A DNA stretch of 63,274 nt, counting the filler. It is 5 parts of 5 records of this genome, joined end to end, with 100 filler letters (N's around TTAATTAATTAA, not from the genome) between each part and the next. Parts side by side here need not be neighbours in the genome. Positions count along the whole stretch, not along the records: positions 27,906 to 59,438 come from SRR20825010_1704; positions 59,539 to 63,274 come from SRR20825010_1720; 3 more parts are not named here. The stretch is one strand, 5' to 3'. The notes below the pieces were generated by a model. The model searched no databases and was not told the origin of the DNA. It worked only from the letters and a program-made list of their open reading frames with translations. Every line of letters begins with the position of its first letter. Within the stretch, counting starts at the first letter, position 1. Shown piece after piece: positions 58,802 to 63,274 of the stretch. Made by a program: the position numbers and the translations under genes.

Positions 58802-59438
58802 TTACTTCTTCATAAGTTCCGCTTTGAGGTCGTTGCCGACGCCCTGATTGACGAACTCCAGTGTGAAGGCGCTATGCACATCGATGTCGGCGGGAAAGAC
58901 ACCTGTGCTAGACATTTCATTAGAGAAGGTCTGCCAGCGTTCTTCCGTCATGGCACCAATGCCGAGCGTTTCGGTGTCGCCGCTATCGACGATGCCGTAT
59001 TGTTTGAGCGTCTCAAGTCCATGTGCCAGAAGGGCATCTGTCATTTCCGGATTGTCTGCTTTGATTAGTTCATTGGCGGCAGTGTTGTCGCCATAGAGAT
59101 ATTCGACCCAACCTCTGATGCTGGCATCGACAAATTTCTGAACAACATCGGGATGCTCGGCAATCATGTCGTCAGTTGCCATGATGAAGGCGGCATAGCC
59201 CGGATAGCCATTGTCAGAGAGCAGAAAGACTTGAGGTTTGAACTTGCCTTGTTGCTCGATCGTGTATGGCTCGGACGAGAGGTAGCCTTCCTGAATTGCA
59301 GTCTTGTCGGTGAGAAAGGGGGCGAGGTTGAAAGTGTACTTGCGGATCTGGTCGTCGGTGAATCCATATTTGGCTTTGAGCCATTGCCAGAAGGAGCCGA
59401 CGGTCGCATCGGCGACAAGGATCGGTTTGCCCTTCATG
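58802..59438 (-). CDS. NMT1/THI5-like ABC substrate-binding protein, C-terminal part (5' truncated)
   Basis: YTFNLAPFL, GYLSSEPY, FVDASIRGW and IGAMT.ERW. Confidence 0.85.
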
Positions 59439-59538
59439 NNNNNNNNNNNNNNNNNNNNNNNNNNNNNNNNNNNNNNNNNNNNTTAATTAATTAANNNNNN
59501 NNNNNNNNNNNNNNNNNNNNNNNNNNNNNNNNNNNNNN
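59439..59538. other. Artificial contig linker
   Basis: N44-TTAATTAATTAA-N44. Confidence 0.98.
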
Positions 59539-59652
59539 CCCAGATTCACCACGTAAATCCCCGTTAGCCGGCATTATCAGTGGACCTATGGTTTTCTTCG
59601 TCAGAAGAATGAGCTAAAACGCGATAAGCCACTTACTGGATAGGATGCTCCC

Positions 59653-60279
59653 ATGCGCCGCGCGAAATACATGCCAACCGAGGACCGTCGTAACGAGGCT
59701 GTCGAGGCAGTCATTGACCTCGCCGCAGCGAAAAGCCCGGAAGACATCACAACCACGGCCATCGCCGGAAGAATGAAGTTCAGCCAGGGCGCGCTGTTCC
59801 GACATTTTCCGAGCAAGGACGCAATCTGGCGCGACGTCATGAACTGGGTTTCCGATCGCCTGTTTGAGCGCATCGACAAAGTTGCCGGCGCCGAGTCTGA
59901 TCCCGTAGCCGCGCTGGAGGCGATGTTCATGGCGCATGTTGGTTTTGTGGCCGAATACCCGGGCGCGCCGCGAATCCTGATGGGGCAACTTCAACGCACT
60001 GGAGCAACCCCGGCCAAACAGGCCGCGCAGTCCCTGACTACGAACTACGAAACCCGGCTTCGCCGCATACTGGCGGCAGGAAAAAGTTCCGGTGCCTTAC
60101 CTGCCAGTCTTGACGAGGCTGCCGCAGCGACGCTTTTTCTTGGCATGATCCAGGGTCTGGTGGTGCAGGCACTTATCAGTGGAGACCAGGCGCAGATGCT
60201 GGACAATGCACCGCGGGTGTTCGCGATCTATCGTGCTGGTTTACTGCAGGATGGGAAATTAACGAAGGAACGCGAATGA
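59653..60279 (+). CDS. TetR/AcrR family transcriptional regulator
   Basis: ITTTAIAGRMKFSQGALFRHFPSKD HTH. Confidence 0.9.
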   Translation: MRRAKYMPTEDRRNEAVEAVIDLAAAKSPEDITTTAIAGRMKFSQGALFRHFPSKDAIWRDVMNWVSDRLFERIDKVAGAESDPVAALEAMFMAHVGFVAEYPGAPRILMGQLQRTGATPAKQAAQSLTTNYETRLRRILAAGKSSGALPASLDEAAAATLFLGMIQGLVVQALISGDQAQMLDNAPRVFAIYRAGLLQDGKLTKERE

Positions 60280-60576
60280 GACCGGCGTTTGCGGTGCCGG
60301 ATCCGGCGGAAAGCCAGCACGGGATCGTCGAGCCACGACCGGTGGGACGGCTTTGTTCTGTCGCAGACCGAAGTTCACGTCACGACAGGACGCTTCCGTT
60401 CTGGCCATCAAGCTGAGAGCTATGCACTGGTAGTTACGGCCGCATCGCCAATTCCAATGTCATTAGGTGTACAAGACAGAAAATGAAACGTATCGTCTAG
60501 CCACCTTCCTTGCTCATGAATTCAAAATACCTTAACTTTGTTCAAGGTCGTAATTCATATACTACACAATTCTTGA

Positions 60577-61215
60577 TTATAAGCGTATTGCTTTCAAGAT
60601 CTGGTTGGCTGCATCGTCGAAGTCCGATTTCCGCAGGCGCGGCACCTCCAGAGTGGCAGCCACCACGGGTGCAAAGTCGGCATAGAACTGGGTCGTGGCC
60701 CATATCATGATGAAGAAATGCCTCGGATCCAATTCCGGAAACCGGCCTTCCGAGATCCACTGCTGGACCGCCTCGCAGGCTTCGCGCGTCACCTCCAGCA
60801 TGTGCTGGCGCTGCCGGCGCGACAGGAACTTGCCGCCGCGTAGCAGTTCGCCCGCGAAGAAACGTGATTGCGCTGCGTTCCGACGCGAACTCTCCAGCTT
60901 TTCGCGAACGTAATCCGCGAGCGCCTCGCGCGGGTCGCGTTCGGGGCGGATATGGCGTAAGGCCGCATCCCAGTCGCGAAAGACCTCCGCGATCAGCCGC
61001 TCATAGATCGCTGTCTTGGTCTTGAAATAGTAGTAGACGTTCGCCTTGGGTAAGCCCGATTCCTCGGCGATCTCGGAAATCGTCGTCCCGTCGAAGCCCT
61101 TGGCCGAGAACAGCCGGACGGAGACCTCGAGTATCTTCGCTTCGTTGCGCGCGCGGATCCGGCCTTCATTGTCTCCATCCGCCTTTTTCCGTTCGCCACC
61201 AGATTGACGTGCCAT
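60577..61215 (-). CDS. RutR-like TetR family regulator
   Basis: IAEESGLPKANVYYYFKTK, SRFFAGELLRG and HFFIMIWATTQFYADF (RutR C-terminal signature). Confidence 0.85.
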   Translation of the reverse strand: MARQSGGERKKADGDNEGRIRARNEAKILEVSVRLFSAKGFDGTTISEIAEESGLPKANVYYYFKTKTAIYERLIAEVFRDWDAALRHIRPERDPREALADYVREKLESSRRNAAQSRFFAGELLRGGKFLSRRQRQHMLEVTREACEAVQQWISEGRFPELDPRHFFIMIWATTQFYADFAPVVAATLEVPRLRKSDFDDAANQILKAIRL

Positions 61216-61296
61216 GCTGCCTGTCCGCTTTCAATGCCTAGTTTCGGCCTGTCTTAGCAGCTTCAGTGCGCAGGGCAAGAACGCCCTCTACAAAAT

Positions 61297-61346
61297 CTGA
61301 CGTTATCGTCAGGTTTATCGAAAATAAAACTTGACGAAATCGTCAG
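61297..61346. promoter_or_regulatory. Twin RutR-box-like operators
   Basis: CTGACG-TTAT-CGTCAG (61297-61312) and TTGACG-AAAT-CGTCAG (61331-61346); same geometry as TTGACC-N4-GGTCAA. Confidence 0.72.
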
Positions 61347-61380
61347 GATCGTCTTCCCTTGAGGCAGCAGGGAGACGACC

Positions 61381-62229
61381 ATGACAACGACATTGCGCCA
61401 CGCACTGTCCGAGATGACCGCAGGTTGGAAGGACGACCTTCCGCCCGACTGGCGGTCGGTGATGGACCATGTACGGACCGGGGTCTACGAGGTCGATGAA
61501 GGCCTGGACCTGGAGGTTTGGGAGCCGATCTTCCCCGCGCGAAAGGGTCGGACCTTCCCCGGAGCTCCCAACGGCGCCCACATGCTCCGAGCCTTCGACG
61601 ATGTGCGCGCCGACAGCGTGCGGGTGGTACTTCTCGGACAGGATCCCTACCCCGAACCTGCCGCTGCGACCGGACGCGCCTTCGAGATCGGCAACGCGTT
61701 GGTCTGGCGCGACCTCGACCGCATGTTCTCGAAGTCAATCCGGGCGTGGACCCAGATGCTGATGGCAGCCCGTCACGAGCGCCCCGAACTGTCAAAGAAT
61801 TTTGCGGCCTGGTCGGAAATGCTCGACGAAATAGAGGCCGGGACCATGGCCATCGAGGCGCCGACGGAGATGGCGGACCGGCAACAACGTGAAGGCGTCC
61901 TGCTGCTGAACTCGTCGCTTACGCTGAGCCGCTTCCGGCGGGACATCGACCCGCACCAGGCGCGCGGCCATGTTCCGTTCTGGGCACCGATGATCCAGGC
62001 GGCGCTTCGGCATGTCGCCAGCCAGGGACGCCCGGTCGTCTTCGTGGCGCTCGGGCAGGCCGCAGCCGACAATCTCGAGGCGGCAGGGTTGCTGCCAGCA
62101 CGAGAACCGCACCTGTCGTTGGTTCTGCCGCATCCGGCCTATGCAGAGGAATTCCTCGCCTGCCCCAATCCGTTCCTTGCCACCAATGCGCACCTTGCGC
62201 GCATGGGTGAACAGCCGATCGACTGGTAG
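61381..62229 (+). CDS. Uracil-DNA glycosylase family 1-like protein (divergent)
   Basis: VVLLGQDPYP, ATGRAF, GVLLLNSSLTL, PHPAY and NPF...N..L..GEQPIDW. Confidence 0.82.
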   Translation: MTTTLRHALSEMTAGWKDDLPPDWRSVMDHVRTGVYEVDEGLDLEVWEPIFPARKGRTFPGAPNGAHMLRAFDDVRADSVRVVLLGQDPYPEPAAATGRAFEIGNALVWRDLDRMFSKSIRAWTQMLMAARHERPELSKNFAAWSEMLDEIEAGTMAIEAPTEMADRQQREGVLLLNSSLTLSRFRRDIDPHQARGHVPFWAPMIQAALRHVASQGRPVVFVALGQAAADNLEAAGLLPAREPHLSLVLPHPAYAEEFLACPNPFLATNAHLARMGEQPIDW

Positions 62230-62236
62230 ACACATC

Positions 62237-63274
62237 ATGACAAAGACTTACGATTTCATAGTGGTTGGAGCCGGATCTGCAGGCGCGGTGCTCGCCAACC
62301 GCCTGAGCGCCGACGGCCGCCACAAGGTCCTGCTCCTGGAGGCCGGCGCAAGGGACAGAAATCCGCTAGTTCGGTTGCCGATGCTGATGGGCAAGCTGTT
62401 TCATTCAGGACTCTACAACTGGCACTATAACACAGAGCCCGAGCCGCACCTGAATGGGCGCAAGCTCTACTGGCCGCGCGGAAAGGTGCTCGGCGGTACA
62501 TCCACGATCAACGGCATGATCTATGTGCGCGGCAACCGGCATGACTATGACCGCTGGGCGCAGCTAGGACTGCCGGAGTGGAGTTACGAGAAGGTTCTGC
62601 CCGCCTTCCTGAGATCGGAAACCAATCCGGAGCGCGGTGACGGTGAGTATCACTCCACGAAGGGCGAACTGACTGTGTGCAGGGCTCGGTCGAAGAACGG
62701 CTTGTTCGACACGTTCATCGAAGCCGGCGAACAGGCAGGTCTTCCGTTCAACGACGATTTCAACGGCGAAGCGCAGGAGGGTGTCGGTCGTTACGACTTC
62801 ACGATCCGTAATGGTCGGCGCTGGTCCACATCGTCGGCCTTTCTCAAGCCCGCCGAGAAAAGATCGAACCTAACTATCCTTACCGGCGCACACGTGACCG
62901 GTCTGACTTGGGAGGGAAGCCGCGTGACAGGCGCCACCTGGTTCCGCAACGGGCGTCCGGAAAGTGCGACTGCGGCGCGCGAGGTCATCGTTTCAGGCGG
63001 TACAGTAAACTCTCCGCAACTGCTGATGCTTGCCGGTATCGGCCCCGCCGCGCACCTCGCTCAGCACGGCATCACGGTCCGGAAGGATCTGCCCGGCGTC
63101 GGGCAGAACGTCCAGGATCACGTCGATTGCGTGATGAGTTGGGAGTGCAAGCAGCCGGTCACGCTTTACAGCGATCTGCGCATTGACCGTCTGACGGCCT
63201 CAATGATCCAAGCCATGCTCTTCGGAACAGGGGTGGTCACGACATTCCCCTATGAAGGCGGCGCATTCCTGCGC
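62237..63274 (+). CDS. GMC family oxidoreductase (choline dehydrogenase-like), 3' truncated; absent from the ORF track
   Basis: Read by hand: MTKTYDFIVVGAGSAGAVLANRLS...WPRGKVLGGTSTINGMIYVRG...SPQLLMLAGIGP...GVGQNVQDH; no stop before the window end. Confidence 0.92.
   Translation, partial: MTKTYDFIVVGAGSAGAVLANRLSADGRHKVLLLEAGARDRNPLVRLPMLMGKLFHSGLYNWHYNTEPEPHLNGRKLYWPRGKVLGGTSTINGMIYVRGNRHDYDRWAQLGLPEWSYEKVLPAFLRSETNPERGDGEYHSTKGELTVCRARSKNGLFDTFIEAGEQAGLPFNDDFNGEAQEGVGRYDFTIRNGRRWSTSSAFLKPAEKRSNLTILTGAHVTGLTWEGSRVTGATWFRNGRPESATAAREVIVSGGTVNSPQLLMLAGIGPAAHLAQHGITVRKDLPGVGQNVQDHVDCVMSWECKQPVTLYSDLRIDRLTASMIQAMLFGTGVVTTFPYEGGAFLR

Noticed and set aside
11173-59538. Four identical TTAATTAATTAA motifs flanked by N runs, and the gene adjacencies across them
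   Set aside because: Artificial concatenation linkers. They are not biological repeats, and no cross-linker gene context was used.
60280-60576. Short ORFs and AT-rich stretch between the two TetR genes as a mobile element end
   Set aside because: No terminal inverted repeat, transposase fragment or target duplication could be identified.

Overview
The window is not one replicon. It is five unrelated contigs joined by 100-nt artificial linkers (N44-TTAATTAATTAA-N44). Taxonomic labels below are my impression from gene content and style, not search results. (1) 1-11172, Marinobacter-like gammaproteobacterium: a PimF/PimB-like beta-oxidation pair with a divergent TetR, two alpha/beta hydrolases, a GlxA-type AraC regulator, rluF, MarC, ChaC and a His-rich secreted protein. 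(2) 11273-20546, Rhizobiales-like: split transketolase, sugar ABC transporter, two SDRs and an arylsulfatase. (3) 20647-27805, Rhodopirellula-like planctomycete: a translationally coupled operon encoding a cNMP-binding/4x[4Fe-4S] fusion, a His-bearing membrane protein, a 10-CxxCH cytochrome c and a small P-loop ATPase. (4) 27906-59438, Parvibaculum-like alphaproteobacterium: an HTH-citrate-synthase fusion opposite a citrate synthase, mucR, an XRE repressor divergent from a DnaA-domain-IV/DUF6456 pair (gafY/gafZ-like gene-transfer-agent activators) with a perfect alphaproteobacterial SOS box, sufE, prfC, MscS, dadA, a phasin with PhaR boxes, a sulfite reductase cluster and an NMT1/THI5-type ABC transporter. 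(5) 59539-63274, alphaproteobacterium: a RutR-like regulator with twin operators in front of a uracil-DNA-glycosylase-fold gene coupled to a GMC oxidoreductase. The strongest candidates for undescribed biology are the putative cyclic-nucleotide-gated transmembrane electron conduit, the RutR/UDG/GMC putative modified-pyrimidine catabolic operon, and LexA control of the GTA activator locus. No rRNA, tRNA, CRISPR array or transposase was seen.
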